A DNA stretch of 64,000 nucleotides from Gammaproteobacteria bacterium (GCA_022614965.1 JAKEHO010000017.1:54280-118279), one strand, 5' to 3'; positions 38,967-51,400 are shown, numbered from the stretch's first letter. The notes: generated by a model not told the origin, from the letters alone. Made by a program: numbers and translations.

Positions 38967-40174
38967 GCGCGCCAACCGACTCCGAGCCGGGTCAACTGGT
39001 TTTCCTCATCGCGGGTGAGCCCTCGGGCGACCAGCTGGGGGCCCGCTTGATGGCCGGACTTAAGGAAGAGGGTGGCGGGCGAGTGCGTTTCGCCGGCGTT
39101 GGCGGGGAGCAGATGGCCGAGCAGGGGCTTAGGAGTCTCTTCCCAATGGCCGAGCTCGCCGTGACCGGACTAGTTGAGGTCGTGTTTCATCTTCCGCAGA
39201 TTTTCCGCCGCATTAGCGACACCGTACAAGCCGTATTACAGTGTCGTCCTGACGTGGTCGTGACCATTGACGCCCCGGATTTCTCTCTGCAGGTCGCGCG
39301 GCGCCTGAAGGGCGCCGGGATCCCTTTGGTCCATTGCGTGGCACCGACAGTGTGGGCATGGAAGCCCCAGCGGGCAAAGAAGATGGCCGGTTTTCTGGAT
39401 CGTGTGTTGGCCCTCTTACCGTTCGAGCCGCCCTATTTTGAGGTACACGGCCTCGCCTGCGATTTTGTGGGTCACCCCGCTGTGGAAGGCGTTGCCGGCG
39501 GTGATGGACCGGCATTTCGCAAACGCTATGCCATCCCGATGACCGCCCCCCTGCTTTGCGCATTGCCCGGGAGCCGCCGAGGCGAGACGAGGCGGCTGCT
39601 GCCGGTGTTCCGGGACGCCCTTGCCCTGTTGGCAAAACGTATTCCAAACATTTACGTGGCCATCCCGACGGTTTCTGATGTTGCCGCACTGGTTGAGGAG
39701 GCGGCGTCGCATTTGCCGATGCCGGTCATTCTCGTTCGTAGCCGAGAAGAGAAATATGATGCCTATGCGGCAGCCGATGTGGCGCTGGCGAAATCAGGGA
39801 CGTCAATCATTGAACTTGCGGCAGCAGGTGTACCCACCGTCGTGACCCATCGCGTCAATCCGCTGACGGCATTCATGGTGCGGCGGATGATTCGGCTCGA
39901 ATACGTGAGCTTTGTGAATGTTCTGCTTGGGCGTCCAATGCAACCAGAGCTGTTACAGGAAAATTGTAGGCCCGAAAAGCTCGCGGCTACCGTCGAGCGT
40001 ATGCTGACCGATGCTAAATGGCGCGCGGAACAGATCGAAGGTGAACGGCATGTAGCCGAGGTACTGGGTATGGGCGGCGAACCGCCGAGCCGCAGAGCGG
40101 CACGAGTCGTACTCGATGTGATCCGAGCAAAATTGGATGGTTTAGGTGGCTCAATCGTGAAGCGAGAAGGGTGA
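38963..40174 (+). CDS. lpxB: lipid-A-disaccharide synthase
   Basis: 403 aa GT19 (LVFLIAGEPSGDQLGARLM; VHCVAPTVWAWKPQRAKKM). GTG start. Confidence 0.9.
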   Translation: MSAPTDSEPGQLVFLIAGEPSGDQLGARLMAGLKEEGGGRVRFAGVGGEQMAEQGLRSLFPMAELAVTGLVEVVFHLPQIFRRISDTVQAVLQCRPDVVVTIDAPDFSLQVARRLKGAGIPLVHCVAPTVWAWKPQRAKKMAGFLDRVLALLPFEPPYFEVHGLACDFVGHPAVEGVAGGDGPAFRKRYAIPMTAPLLCALPGSRRGETRRLLPVFRDALALLAKRIPNIYVAIPTVSDVAALVEEAASHLPMPVILVRSREEKYDAYAAADVALAKSGTSIIELAAAGVPTVVTHRVNPLTAFMVRRMIRLEYVSFVNVLLGRPMQPELLQENCRPEKLAATVERMLTDAKWRAEQIEGERHVAEVLGMGGEPPSRRAARVVLDVIRAKLDGLGGSIVKREG

Positions 40175-40266
40175 CAGCCTATTGGTGCATCGGATGCCAA
40201 ATCGCAGTACATCACTCTAAGGAACATAGGCGATCAATGACAACGATACCTCGCTGATCTTGCAAG

Positions 40267-41175
40267 ATGAAAGCGTTGGGCTACTTTTTTTGCTATGTTG
40301 CCGTGACTATTGTCATCGGCGCGCTGCTATCCTATGCCCTTTTTCTTGTGATACATGATAGTCCGCTTGCGCCCTCGGTGTTATCGCAGGTTCCTTTCCA
40401 CAAGGTGGTGCCCCGCGCATTCATGCTTGTGGCTCTGCTTGGGCTTTGGCCACTCCTGAAATCACTCGGATTGACCACGCGAAGGGACCTGGGGTTTGAC
40501 CTCCCATCACGTGCACTCCTTGTAGCGATCGGTCACGGAATGATTGTCGGGATCATGATACTCGCATCTCTTGCCATCGTATTGGTGATCCTCGGGGTGA
40601 GGGAACTCGATGCAACCGGAGACCTTTTTCCGTTCAACCTGGTTGGTGTGGTCATCAAGGCCTTGGCTGCGGGAATTTTGATTGCACTTATCGAAGAGAC
40701 CGTATTTCGTGGCGCGTTTTACAGTGTTGCAAGCAAGGCGTTCAAAGTGACGGGCACAATAGTCTTTACAGCGCTTCTCTATGCCGCGGTTCATTTCATC
40801 CGCTCCGGAACCGAAATCCCTTTTGGCGACGTCAGCTGGCAAAGCGGGTTTACCGTGCTGGCATATTCCTTGCAAACTTTTTGGAGTCTTGCATTTCTGG
40901 ATTCTTTCTTGGCGCTCTTTTCGGCTGGGATATTTCTCGGGTTGGTACGTTTTTCGACAGGCCATATTGGGCAGTGCATCGGCATCCATGCTGGCTGGGT
41001 ACTATCGATTAAAGTGACCAAGTATCTTACGGCGAAGAATGATGCTTCGGATCTGGATTTCCTGGTTGGCTATTACGACGGGATTATTGGTTACCTGGCG
41101 GTTGCCTGGCTCATTATCGCGTGCCTTTTGTACTACCTTTTCTCTAGGCGACGGGAGGCGGTGGCCTCGCTATGA
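40267..41175 (+). CDS. CPBP-family (CAAX protease / Abi) intramembrane metalloprotease
   Basis: 302 aa polytopic protein with the CPBP motifs EExxFRG (LIEETVFRGAFY) and FxxxH (YAAVHFIRSG). Confidence 0.78.
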   Translation: MKALGYFFCYVAVTIVIGALLSYALFLVIHDSPLAPSVLSQVPFHKVVPRAFMLVALLGLWPLLKSLGLTTRRDLGFDLPSRALLVAIGHGMIVGIMILASLAIVLVILGVRELDATGDLFPFNLVGVVIKALAAGILIALIEETVFRGAFYSVASKAFKVTGTIVFTALLYAAVHFIRSGTEIPFGDVSWQSGFTVLAYSLQTFWSLAFLDSFLALFSAGIFLGLVRFSTGHIGQCIGIHAGWVLSIKVTKYLTAKNDASDLDFLVGYYDGIIGYLAVAWLIIACLLYYLFSRRREAVASL

Positions 41176-41277
41176 AATGCGCATCCGAACTAATTCATCC
41201 TATGCCTCCACAGAGGGATCGGGGTTTTGCACAGGAGAAAAGAAGCGTGGACACTCGATTGGAAACGCGCGCTCAGA

Positions 41278-42090
41278 CTACAAGTCCGCGGGTGCATCGT
41301 TGTCGTTTGCTGCATTCGACATACCGCAAATTCCACGTTTGGATGTTTCAACGAATTCGCAAAATTCAATGGCGGGACCGTCCTGGAATGCCTCGCGGAT
41401 GTGTTTTAAGGCCTGGGATACATTTAAGCCGGATCGGTACATGAGCGTGAATGCTTGTTTGACCTGCTGACGTGCTGCGGGTGATATACCAGCCCGGCGC
41501 ATCCCGACGGTATTGATCCCGAGGATCTTATTCGGCTGAAAGGGGTGGGTAGTGCAGAAGGGTGGGACATCTTTGGAAATCCCACTGCTCCCCCCCAGCA
41601 TGGCGAGTCGCCCGACACGGCAGAACTGGTGTACCAGGCAAAGGGCACTTATAAACGCGGCATCTCCAACCTCACTGTAACCACCAAGCAGCGCGCCGTT
41701 GACCAGGATGACGCGCTTTCCCAAGGTCGCGTTATGGGCAACATGGCTAAAATTCATCAGATAACATTCGTCTCCAATGATGGTGGACGTACCGGCTTTG
41801 GTGCCGCGATGGACGGTGACGCCTTCCCGGATCACGCATTTGGAGCCCAACTTGACATAGCTCTCCTCGTTCTGATGTGCGAGATCCTGTGGTAGTCCGC
41901 CTAACACCGCGCCCGCATGCACCTGGCAGCCAGGACCGAGGGTGGTGTAGCGGTAGATAGTCGCTTGAGGCCCGATAGAGCATCCGTCGCCGACGACCGC
42001 GCCCATCTCGATGTACGTAAGGGGACCGACCGTAACGTTCTTGCCCAAGATCACGCCCTCTTCGACGACGGCCGAGGGGTGGATGCTCAT
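41278..42090 (-). CDS. lpxA: UDP-N-acetylglucosamine (or UDP-GlcNAc3N) acyltransferase
   Basis: Left-handed beta-helix hexapeptide repeats plus the LpxA-specific C-terminal helical domain (GINTVGMRRAGISPAARQQVKQAFTLMYRSG against E. coli [31 protein letters not shown]). Start at MSIHPSAVVEEG. Confidence 0.85.
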   Translation of the reverse strand: MSIHPSAVVEEGVILGKNVTVGPLTYIEMGAVVGDGCSIGPQATIYRYTTLGPGCQVHAGAVLGGLPQDLAHQNEESYVKLGSKCVIREGVTVHRGTKAGTSTIIGDECYLMNFSHVAHNATLGKRVILVNGALLGGYSEVGDAAFISALCLVHQFCRVGRLAMLGGSSGISKDVPPFCTTHPFQPNKILGINTVGMRRAGISPAARQQVKQAFTLMYRSGLNVSQALKHIREAFQDGPAIEFCEFVETSKRGICGMSNAANDNDAPADL

Positions 42091-42215
42091 CGACGTGCCG
42101 TAACCCATTGCGGGCGTTCAATCAGATCCCGCCGGAGCGCTCGGAAAAGATGACGAGCGCCATCGCTTGCACCGTACACAATCAGCGGTGAGCAACGTGT
42201 TTCCCCAACACGGAG

Positions 42216-44966
42216 CTAGGCCGCGAGTTGCCGCAGCACATAGGGAAGAATGCCGCCGTTGGTATAGTACTCCCACTCCTTGGGTGTATCGATGCGCACA
42301 TGTACGGTGCACCGTATGGGTTTGCCGTCGTCGGGTGTCGCAAGCACGGTAACTTCCTTGGCGCCAGGAATAAGCCCCACGATTTCGCAGACCTCTTCCC
42401 CTGTAAGGCCAAGGCTTTCTGCATTCACCCCATTTTGAAAGGTGAGTGGAAGTACCCCCATGCCGACGAGGTTCGACCGGTGAATGCGCTCGAAACTCTG
42501 CGCGATCACCACCTTCACGCCCAAGAGCGCAACTCCTTTCGCAGCCCAATCGCGCGATGAACCCGTCCCGTATTCTTTGCCCGCGATGATCAATAACGGT
42601 ACATTGTTTTTCTGATACCGCACAGCGGCATCATAGATACTCATCGGCTCACGGGAAGGAAGATGCATGGTCCATCCACCTTCGCGGGGGCGTGCCAGTT
42701 GGTTGCGCAAGCGGATATTGGCGAAGGTCCCGCGCATCATGACCTCGTGGTTGCCACGCCGTGACCCATACGAATTGAAATCCTTGGGCAGGACACCGTG
42801 CTCGATTAGGTACCGACCGGCCGGGCTGTCGGTCTTGATGGCGCCGGCGGGCGAAATGTGGTCAGTCGTGATGCTATCCCCAAGGAGTGCCAAGCATCGG
42901 GCACCTTTGATGGCCGCGATCGTGCTTGCCTTAGCGCGCATGTCTTCGAAATAGGGAGGACTTTTGATGTAAGTGGAGCGCTCATCCCAGTGAAACTGCG
43001 CCACCTGCGGTATCTGCATGCTGGTCCAACGTCTGTCGCCTGAAAAGACGTTCTTGTAGCTCGTACGAAACATCGTCGAATTGATGGTGAGGGTAATTGC
43101 CTCTTGGATCGCCTGCTGGCTGGGCCAGATGTCCTTAAGAAAGACGGGGCTGCCGTTTCGATCAACGCCTAATGGTTCCTGGTAGAGGTCGATGTCCATC
43201 GTGCCTGCAATAGCGTAGGCGACGACGAGTGGCGGCGAGGCGAGAAAATTCATCTTCACCTCAGCATGCACGCGTCCCTCAAAGTTGCGGTTGCCTGATA
43301 GAATTGAGCACACCGCCAGATCATGCTCGTGGATGGACTGACTCACGGCCTTAAGTAGGGGGCCTGAGTTCCCGATGCAGGTGGTGCAGCCGTAGCCCAC
43401 AAGGTGAAAGCCCAGGGCCTCAAGATGGGGCAAGAGCTGCGCTTTTTCGAGATACGCTCGGACGACCTGTGATCCCGGGGCAAGGCTCGTCTTAACCCAG
43501 GGCTTGACCTTGAGGCCTCGCTCGTTTGCCGCCTTCGCCAGTAATCCGGCCGCCACCATGACGGACGGATTGGATGTATTGGTGCAAGAGGTGATGGCGG
43601 CAATGACCACGGCACCGTCCGCAAGCTGATCCGGGTTGCCGCCGCCCACCAAGGGCTCGCCCGATGTGCGAGCGGCGCTCTTTCTGCGCATTGCCGTAGC
43701 GCCCCCGTCATCTTGGAAACGTGCCATGTCGCCATTCCTGGAACCTGCCCGTTCCTTCTGATGGTCATGCAGCGTTGTTTTAACGACCTGTTTTGCTTCG
43801 CGCAGTGGCACCCGGTCCTGTGGCCGCTTGGGCCCGGCGATGCTGGGTTCTACCGTGCGCATATCCAGTTCCATTACGTCGGAATACTCGGCGTCACGGC
43901 TCCCCGCTACGCGGAAAAGGCCTTGTTCCTTGGCGTAGGCTTCAACTAACGCGATCTGCTCTGCCGCTCGGCCCGAGAGTTCCAAGTAGCGCAGCGTTTC
44001 GCTGTCAATGGGGAATATGCCACAGGTGGCACCGTATTCCGGGGCCATATTCGCGATCGTAGCGCGATCAGCGAGTGGCAGGTGGTCGAGACCGGCGCCG
44101 AAGAATTCGACAAACTTGCCTACCACACCGTGTTTTCGGAGCAGGTTCGTAACGGTAAGGACAAGGTCTGTAGCGGTGGCGCCTTCGGGCAGTTGGCCGG
44201 TCAGTTTGAAACCCACGACTTGCGGGATCAACATACTGATAGGTTGCCCAAGCATGGCCGCCTCTGCCTCGATCCCGCCTACGCCCCAACCCAAAACCCC
44301 CAAGCCGTTGATCATCGTGGTATGGGAATCAGTGCCAACCAGCGTGTCCGGATAGGCCTGTTTAATCCCGTTCAGTTCCTTCGTAAACACGACACGCGCC
44401 AGATATTCCATATTGACTTGGTGGACGATGCCGGTATCTGGTGGCACCACCTTGAAGTTGGAAAACGCCTGTTGGCCCCATCGCAGAAAGGCGTAGCGCT
44501 CTTTGTTGCGCTCGAATTCAATCTCAGCATTGTGCGCCATTGCGTCGGCGCTTCCAAACGCATCCACCTGTACGGAGTGATCGATAACGAGTTCTGCTGG
44601 CGAAAGGGGATTGACGCGTTTCGGATCGCCACCGAGCTTGCCTAACGCATCGCGCAAGGCGGCAAGATCGACAACGGCGGGTACGCCCGTAAAATCCTGC
44701 ATTAACACGCGGGCGGGGGTAAAGGCGATCTCTCGGTTTGGCTCGCTCCTGGGATCCCAAGAGGCAAGGGCTTCGATGTCCTCGGCGGTGACTGTGATCC
44801 CGTCTTCGGTCCGCAAAAGATTTTCTAGCAGGATCTTCAATGAGAAGGGAAGCCGCTCACTATTAAAGCGCTTAACAAGGTTCTTGAGCGCAAACAACTC
44901 GTAGGTCGATTCCCCGACTTTGAGCGTCGACCGCGCCTGATAAGTGTTTTTCATTATGGCCCCCAA
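42216..44966 (-). CDS. acnA: aconitate hydratase A
   Basis: 916 aa with the Fe-S cluster cysteines and aconitase swivel domain. The N-terminus is collinear with AcnA. An alternative start at MKNTYQ lies 4 codons in. Confidence 0.92.
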   Translation of the reverse strand: MGAIMKNTYQARSTLKVGESTYELFALKNLVKRFNSERLPFSLKILLENLLRTEDGITVTAEDIEALASWDPRSEPNREIAFTPARVLMQDFTGVPAVVDLAALRDALGKLGGDPKRVNPLSPAELVIDHSVQVDAFGSADAMAHNAEIEFERNKERYAFLRWGQQAFSNFKVVPPDTGIVHQVNMEYLARVVFTKELNGIKQAYPDTLVGTDSHTTMINGLGVLGWGVGGIEAEAAMLGQPISMLIPQVVGFKLTGQLPEGATATDLVLTVTNLLRKHGVVGKFVEFFGAGLDHLPLADRATIANMAPEYGATCGIFPIDSETLRYLELSGRAAEQIALVEAYAKEQGLFRVAGSRDAEYSDVMELDMRTVEPSIAGPKRPQDRVPLREAKQVVKTTLHDHQKERAGSRNGDMARFQDDGGATAMRRKSAARTSGEPLVGGGNPDQLADGAVVIAAITSCTNTSNPSVMVAAGLLAKAANERGLKVKPWVKTSLAPGSQVVRAYLEKAQLLPHLEALGFHLVGYGCTTCIGNSGPLLKAVSQSIHEHDLAVCSILSGNRNFEGRVHAEVKMNFLASPPLVVAYAIAGTMDIDLYQEPLGVDRNGSPVFLKDIWPSQQAIQEAITLTINSTMFRTSYKNVFSGDRRWTSMQIPQVAQFHWDERSTYIKSPPYFEDMRAKASTIAAIKGARCLALLGDSITTDHISPAGAIKTDSPAGRYLIEHGVLPKDFNSYGSRRGNHEVMMRGTFANIRLRNQLARPREGGWTMHLPSREPMSIYDAAVRYQKNNVPLLIIAGKEYGTGSSRDWAAKGVALLGVKVVIAQSFERIHRSNLVGMGVLPLTFQNGVNAESLGLTGEEVCEIVGLIPGAKEVTVLATPDDGKPIRCTVHVRIDTPKEWEYYTNGGILPYVLRQLAA

Positions 44967-45082
44967 AAAGTCCTAAGCCGCAATTTTACCTATTGTGCAG
45001 GTGCCGAGCGAGTGAGCAAGGCGCCTTTCACATCTCCAAGGAAAAGACGAAGTTTCGAAGCCTCAGAACGTACTAGACGGCG

Positions 45083-46201
45083 CTACGTTGCGGTTTTCGC
45101 GATGGGGCCTCCGCCGAGGCACACGTCGCCCTGGTAGAAAACCACGGACTGGCCGGGTGTCATCGCACGCTGAGGCCTGTCGAATTTAACATGACATTGC
45201 GCATTGTCCAACGACGTGATGGTGCAGTCCTGATCAGGCTGCCGGTATCGGGTTTTGGCCTTGCATCGAAACGGTAATTCAGATGGCGCATTGACGATCC
45301 AATGCAAGGCAGACGCGACGAGGTGCTGACGGTAGAGCAAAGGATGATCATGTCCCTGGGCTACAATCAGCACATTGTTCTTGAGATCTTTGGCCACCAC
45401 GTACCAAGGTTCGCCGTTGCCCTCTCTCCGGCCACCGATGCCGAGACCTTTTCGCTGTCCCAGGGTGTAGTACATCAGGCCGTCGTGCTGCCCAACGATC
45501 TTGCCTCCGGGGGTCTGAATGTCACCGGGTTCCACCGGTAAAAACCGCATGAGAAATGGCTTGAAGCGGCGCTCGCCGATAAAACAGATGCCGGTGCTGT
45601 CTTTTTTATTGTGGGTTACAAGACCAGCCTCCGCGGCAAGTTTCCGCACGGCCGCTTTCCTAAACTCGCCAATCGGAAATAGCGAGCGGCCTAGTTGCTC
45701 TTGATCGAGGGCATGCAGAAAGTAGCTTTGGTCCTTGTTGTCATCGAAGCCTTTGCGCAGATACAAGTGGCCATCCTGACGGCTTACGCGTGCATAGTGT
45801 CCCATTGCGATCATATCCGCTCCCAAGCTTTGTGCATGCGTGAGAAATGCCTTGAACTTGATCTCGCGATTGCAGAGGATATCGGGATTAGGGGTGTGTC
45901 CACCGCGATATTCATTGAGAAAATGCGTGAACACATTCTCCCAATAATCAGCAGAAAGATTGACCGTGTTCAACAGAATACCCAGATCGTCGCAGACACG
46001 CCTGGCATCCTCCGCGTCCTTAGCCGCACCACAGTAGTTCTCCGTGTCGTCTTCTTCCCAGTTCTTCATAAACAGGCCTTCGACTGCATAGCCTTGTCGC
46101 TTCAGAAGCAGGGCACTGACAGACGAGTCAACACCCCCGGAAAGGCCGACGATAATCTTGGTGCGCGGCACGGTTCTCGTGGCAGGTTGTGTTGCAATCA
46201 T
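45083..46201 (-). CDS. mnmA: tRNA 2-thiouridine(34) synthase
   Basis: PP-loop SGGVDSS, catalytic cysteines, 372 aa. Confidence 0.92.
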   Translation of the reverse strand: MIATQPATRTVPRTKIIVGLSGGVDSSVSALLLKRQGYAVEGLFMKNWEEDDTENYCGAAKDAEDARRVCDDLGILLNTVNLSADYWENVFTHFLNEYRGGHTPNPDILCNREIKFKAFLTHAQSLGADMIAMGHYARVSRQDGHLYLRKGFDDNKDQSYFLHALDQEQLGRSLFPIGEFRKAAVRKLAAEAGLVTHNKKDSTGICFIGERRFKPFLMRFLPVEPGDIQTPGGKIVGQHDGLMYYTLGQRKGLGIGGRREGNGEPWYVVAKDLKNNVLIVAQGHDHPLLYRQHLVASALHWIVNAPSELPFRCKAKTRYRQPDQDCTITSLDNAQCHVKFDRPQRAMTPGQSVVFYQGDVCLGGGPIAKTAT

Positions 46202-46689
46202 GATCTCTTCCGTGGCGCCATCGTAGAAGCGCCACTTTTTGCCGGTAGGTAATGATTGAGCATCGTTAGCGGGTAGCGCCTTCCTTTCCTATAATCATCG
46301 ATGCAGTGTAGTACCATCGGGCTGCGAAGCTTCTCGCGCATTGACATAAGTTCCTCTAGAGTAAGCCATATGACCCGGATAATGGCCTCATCCGGTGGCC
46401 GATCAGGCTCATGTCCATGGCAGCTCCCTAAAAAACAGATGCGCAGGTACGTCACACCCTCATCGCGATCGGGATAGAGATAAATGCCTACCATGGCCTC
46501 GGGCAGGAAGTGCCATCCTGTCTCCTCCAGCACCTCGCGCTTTACGGCGTCTAACAACGTCTCTTCCGGCTCGAGATGGCCGGCTGGTTGATTAAACACC
46601 ACCCGGCCATTGGCCGCTTCTTCAACCAGGAGAAAGCGACGATCGCGCTCAACGATGGCAGCGACAGTGACGCTGGGCTTCCAGACCAT
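46198..46689 (-). CDS. nudJ: NUDIX hydrolase, NudJ-like
   Basis: Nudix box ([22 protein letters not shown]). Collinear with E. coli NudJ starting from [11 protein letters not shown]. The stop overlaps the mnmA ATG. The track ORF starts 14 codons earlier. Confidence 0.78.
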   Translation of the reverse strand: MVWKPSVTVAAIVERDRRFLLVEEAANGRVVFNQPAGHLEPEETLLDAVKREVLEETGWHFLPEAMVGIYLYPDRDEGVTYLRICFLGSCHGHEPDRPPDEAIIRVIWLTLEELMSMREKLRSPMVLHCIDDYRKGRRYPLTMLNHYLPAKSGASTMAPRKRS

Positions 46690-46921
46690 GAAGTGAATTG
46701 TAACCCAAAGCTCATCATCCTGTGCGCCCATTGCCCCGATTGAAAAAGGCCGGGGACTCTACTCCGCTTGGGCAAGGCAGTAACGCGGGCCGGCCTCGAG
46801 CGGTTAAAGTAGCGGGGCAGAGCGCTGCCTGTCGTAGTGTGGGCACCGCCGCAGGAGTGGCGCATGGGGCTTGGGGCGCCCTAAATGGCAATCAAATAAG
46901 ATAAACCGATTGGAGCGAAAA

Positions 46922-48403
46922 ATGATTAAGTTTGGCGTGGTATACGATGGCATCCTAAAGCAATTGGGCCGAACGCTTATCGCGAGCACAGCATGGTGTT
47001 TGCCGGACATAGCGGGTGCTGCAACGGATGCAGGGCCGGGCCTGGTTTTGACGGGTGAATGGGTTGGGATCGCCGCACTCGCGATCTTCGTGCTGGCGTA
47101 TGCGCTGGTCATCGCTGAAGAGACGCTGCACCTGCGTAAATCAAAGCCCGTCATGGTAGCGGCGGGCATCATTTGGAGCCTGGTTGCCCTTGGCTACGCA
47201 CAAATCGGTGACACGCACACGGCAGGGGAGGCGGTGCGGCACAACCTGCTGGAATTTGCCGAGATCTTCCTGTTTCTGCTGGCAGCGATGACCTACATCA
47301 ACACCATGGAGGAGGTGGGGATGTTTGTTGCGCTGAAGGCCTGGCTCGTCTCCAAGGGCTTTTCACTTAGAACGATCTTCTGGATCACGGGTGGCCTGGC
47401 CTTCTGCATATCGCCTTTTGCAGACAATCTGACGACGGCATTGTTGATGGCGACCGTGGTGATGACGGTCGGTGGAAATAACGTCCGATTTGTTACGGTT
47501 GCCTGTGTAAACATTGTGGTCGCCGCAAACGCCGGCGGAGCGTTCAGTCCCTTCGGGGATATCACAACACTCATGGTTTGGCAGAAGGGGGTCGTCAAGT
47601 TTCACGAATTCTTCCATTTGTTTGGCCCCTCGTTTACCAACTGGGTTATCCCCGCCGCCATTATGTCCTTTACGGTGCCCAACACACAGCCTGCGGCACT
47701 CAGGGAGTCAGGCGAATTACAAAAGGGGGCCTGGATGGTGCTGGGACTCTTTTTCCTGACCATCACCATGGCGGTACTGGGGCACAACTTTTTGCATCTG
47801 CCGCCCGTGATGGGAATGATGACGGGCTTAGGGCTTCTTAAGCTCTATGGGTATTACCTGAAGACCCGTGGGCCGTTGGCCTTGAGGCGGCCTACCGAAG
47901 GGCCCGAGGAAGCAAGACTTGAGGTGGATGAAGCGGTGGTTACCTCACCGCCTCATACGCCGTTTGATATCTTCAAGGCCTTGGAACGGGCGGAATGGGA
48001 CACCTTGATGTTTTTCTATGGCATCATCCTGTGTGTCGGCGGCCTTGCGACCATGGGTTATCTTGCGATCCTCGCTAATGTTCTGTATGTGGATCTGGGA
48101 CCCACGACCGCGAATGTACTCGTTGGAGTTCTATCCGCGGTCATCGATAATATTCCGGTGATGTTCGCCGTCTTGTCGATGTCTCCCGATATGAGCCACG
48201 GCCAATGGCTGCTGGTGACACTCACGGCAGGCGTGGGCGGGTCCTTGCTGTCGATCGGATCGGCGGCGGGTGTTGCGGTGATGGGGCAAGCGCGAGGCAT
48301 GTATACTTTTTTCTCCCATCTCAAATGGAGCTGGGCAGTCGCCCTGGGGTTTGCTGGGAGTATCTGGGTCCATTTGATGGTGAACGCTAGCCTGTTTCAC
48401 TAA
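46922..48403 (+). CDS. NhaD-family Na+/H+ antiporter (ArsB/NhaD permease superfamily)
   Basis: About 12 TM helices with duplicated CitMHS-type halves. The ATG at 46922 has a GGAG 8 nt upstream. The track ORF starts 17 codons earlier. Confidence 0.55.
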   Translation: MIKFGVVYDGILKQLGRTLIASTAWCLPDIAGAATDAGPGLVLTGEWVGIAALAIFVLAYALVIAEETLHLRKSKPVMVAAGIIWSLVALGYAQIGDTHTAGEAVRHNLLEFAEIFLFLLAAMTYINTMEEVGMFVALKAWLVSKGFSLRTIFWITGGLAFCISPFADNLTTALLMATVVMTVGGNNVRFVTVACVNIVVAANAGGAFSPFGDITTLMVWQKGVVKFHEFFHLFGPSFTNWVIPAAIMSFTVPNTQPAALRESGELQKGAWMVLGLFFLTITMAVLGHNFLHLPPVMGMMTGLGLLKLYGYYLKTRGPLALRRPTEGPEEARLEVDEAVVTSPPHTPFDIFKALERAEWDTLMFFYGIILCVGGLATMGYLAILANVLYVDLGPTTANVLVGVLSAVIDNIPVMFAVLSMSPDMSHGQWLLVTLTAGVGGSLLSIGSAAGVAVMGQARGMYTFFSHLKWSWAVALGFAGSIWVHLMVNASLFH

Positions 48404-48466
48404 ATAGGGTGCTGATTTGTACCGTAGTTCTGACGAGGGCCTTCGCTCGCGAAATGAGCCACGCGG

Positions 48467-51400
48467 CTACTGGTTAACGCCATCGATGAACCGGGATGGG
48501 GCGCTGGCGGCTTCGTGGTTTTTGGCATTCACTCTCTCAACCGTTGGATTGTCCCAACTGCCCGTGATGATGTATTGATGACTGAGTACGTTGTCTAGCT
48601 GATCGGGCAGGGACTTGAACATCTGGCCGACCACCAGAATGGCGGCGCCGACACCGACGCCAACCGGTCCGAACAGGGCGCTGGCGACTGGCAAGCTGCT
48701 GGCGAACGCTGGCGTCACCGTCACGGTCTGGTTGTAGTCTTGGGCGATGAGCCCCGTGCGCCCCGTTACGCCCATGCGTGCGGAAGGGCCCTCCATGACA
48801 AAGTCGTTGGTGTAGGCATTGCCGTTTTCAAAATCGAATGTACCTTCGATGCGATCAAAGGGGAAACCTTTTTGATACATGTCATCAAAATCAAGGCTTA
48901 AGCGCCGTGCGAGTGTCTGAAAGCTCAGCAGGCCGAAGATGCGACCTACGCCTTGCTGGATGTCGAGAAAGCGCCCTTTGCCGACGTTCATGTGCAGGGT
49001 GCCATTCATAGTTGCCAGCGAAAAATCTCTTGGTGCCCCTTGCCAGCTGGCATCGATATCGAGCTGCGCCGCGCCGCCTTCGATGGAAGTCACGTTGTAA
49101 CCAAATCGATTGAGCAACTTACCAAGATCGTCTGCCTCAACTGTGATATCAACGTGTGATCGCTGCACTTCGTCGACGACGAGCCAGTCTCCCTGGCCTA
49201 AGATATTGAGTCCGGGTGAGATAAACGCGAGTTCGTCCAATCGCAGGCCATCGCTCACAGGGGTTGCCCGCAGGCGAGTCTCACCCAGTTCGACGGACCC
49301 GTACGTCAATGCCTTGCAATGCACCGTGAGGGCGGGGAGACGCCGTGGATCGGTGCGTGTTGTCGCGTCGGGGGGGGTGACAGTGGCAAGTGTCAATTTT
49401 TCAAACTCCGCATGCACGGGTGCCGCTAACCCCGCTGCAGGCACTGTAATCGAACCACTCGCCTCTGCCGCGACAATACTGGCGATCCACCCCCGCTCGT
49501 CATGGGCGATTTTGAGTTTAGCGCTGTTGAGCCACTGGTCGAGCACCTCGAGCCGCGCGATAGCGACATCGACGTTAACGGCCTCGGGTGGATAGGGCAT
49601 TGAGGCACCTCTATTGCGCTCGTTGGCTTGTAGGAGATCTAGCCAAGGACTCACAGCGAGTTCGGGGAGTTGACCATCGATGGCGAGCCCCGGCCTATCG
49701 GGTAAGCGTGGTGTGCCAGGACCAAGATGCAAGCCGATACGGTTCATCGCGGCTGCAACCGGCTCCGGGTGCAGCTCAAGTACACCGCTTAAGTTCGCAC
49801 CGTAACGGAATGTGAAGCGATTTTGTGTGGAGTCGCCAATTTGAGTCAGAATGGTGAGATCGGTCTCTTCATCCGTTGCTTTACCAAGGGGTGCAGGCAG
49901 GTGCACTGTCATGCCCTCGAGTTGGGACGTGAGCCTAACCTGTCCGGGCGTTTGTGCGTTACAGCAGTCCGTCGGTAACGTGATCTCCGCTTGCCATTTC
50001 GTGTCGCCGTCGATCCATCGCTCGTCGAGCAGCGCCAGCGTTGGGTCGAATCGCCTGAGTTGGTCAGCCAGGAACGCAGGATCGGCCGTTCCGCTCACCA
50101 GCAATTCGCTGCTGGCGTTTTCTTCGACATAATCTGTGCTGATGTCGAAGTGGACGGGCCGGTCGAATAGCTTACCTTCAAGTCCCTTCGCATCCAAGCG
50201 CGTTTCAGTAAACTCCAGCTGTCCCTCGATGTCCGTGAACGTTGCGCCCAGCCGATTGGAGTGCACGGCGTTGCCTGCCAGCTGCACCTGGCCTTGCACG
50301 GCGTAACTGCCCTCGTCCATCAATGGTGTCTCCATCGCGAGGTCTATCGTAATCGTGCCATCGAAGTCCATCGATGTGACCTGCCTTCCGATGGCCTGTG
50401 ATGCTAACGGACTTTCTAGTATGAATCTCCGCACATCGGCCGCCGCCGCCTTTATTGTGCTCTGGCCTTTGAACACCTTATCCGGTGCGCTGACATCTGC
50501 AATGCCCCCATGCGCGCTCACGATCTCAGAGTTGAGTACCATAGCGTGTGTCACATCGACTGTGAGGTTCCAACCTTCGATGGCGATAGCTGCTTCAATC
50601 GCGCTGAGCTGTGGCCAACCGGTGGCGTAATCCAGAACACCGTCACGGATCGTGGCCCGCACTTGAAATCGTCCCTGGCCCTGACTGAATGGAAACTCAT
50701 TAAGTGCGCCACGCCAAACACCTACTCCTTCCGTGATCCGCCCGGCCAAAACGGCGCCTTTGACCCAGTCTTTATCTGCGTCGGGGACAGTTTTCGGCAA
50801 GTATCGGGAAATGTGCTCCAGCCGCCCGTCTTCAATGGTCACGACAAGATCTGCCGTCGGTGCCGGGTTAGCACCAGACCAGGCGAGTCGTCCGCGCAGT
50901 TTCGCGCTCATATCGTTATTTCGCATCGCTAACGTGTCTGAGGTTAATGTCCAGCCGTCATCGTCGTGTGTCCAACTGATTGCCCCTTCAAGCCAATTGA
51001 GCCAGAACGGCATCTCAAACCACGTTGGAAATTGGATCTCAACAGGATCCCTATCCAAGAGCAGCACGCCAGTCCCTAAGGTACCGCTGATACTCCCACG
51101 TAATCCGCTGATACCCGGAACACCGGCGTCTGGTCCGGCGATCAGATCGTTGAAGCTCATCTTTAGAAAGAGTCGCTCATCGAACAGCCGATCCGGGCGG
51201 TAATCGAACTGGACGTTGTGAAGCTCACCTCGTGGTGCGGATTTTGTGAGGTAATGACGGATCGTTGCCGACAGACCGGAAGAATTTGCCAGCAGCGGCG
51301 CAATGTCACCCAGCTTGAGAAAGCGGATACTGCCCGTGAGATGGTAGCCACCTGCCCAGGGCATCGGCGTGGTCTGCAGATGGATCTCATCGTCTGGCCA

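Noticed and set aside
41176-41277. Convergent-gene terminator between the CPBP protease gene and lpxA.
   Set aside because: No convincing stem-loop in the 100-nt gap.
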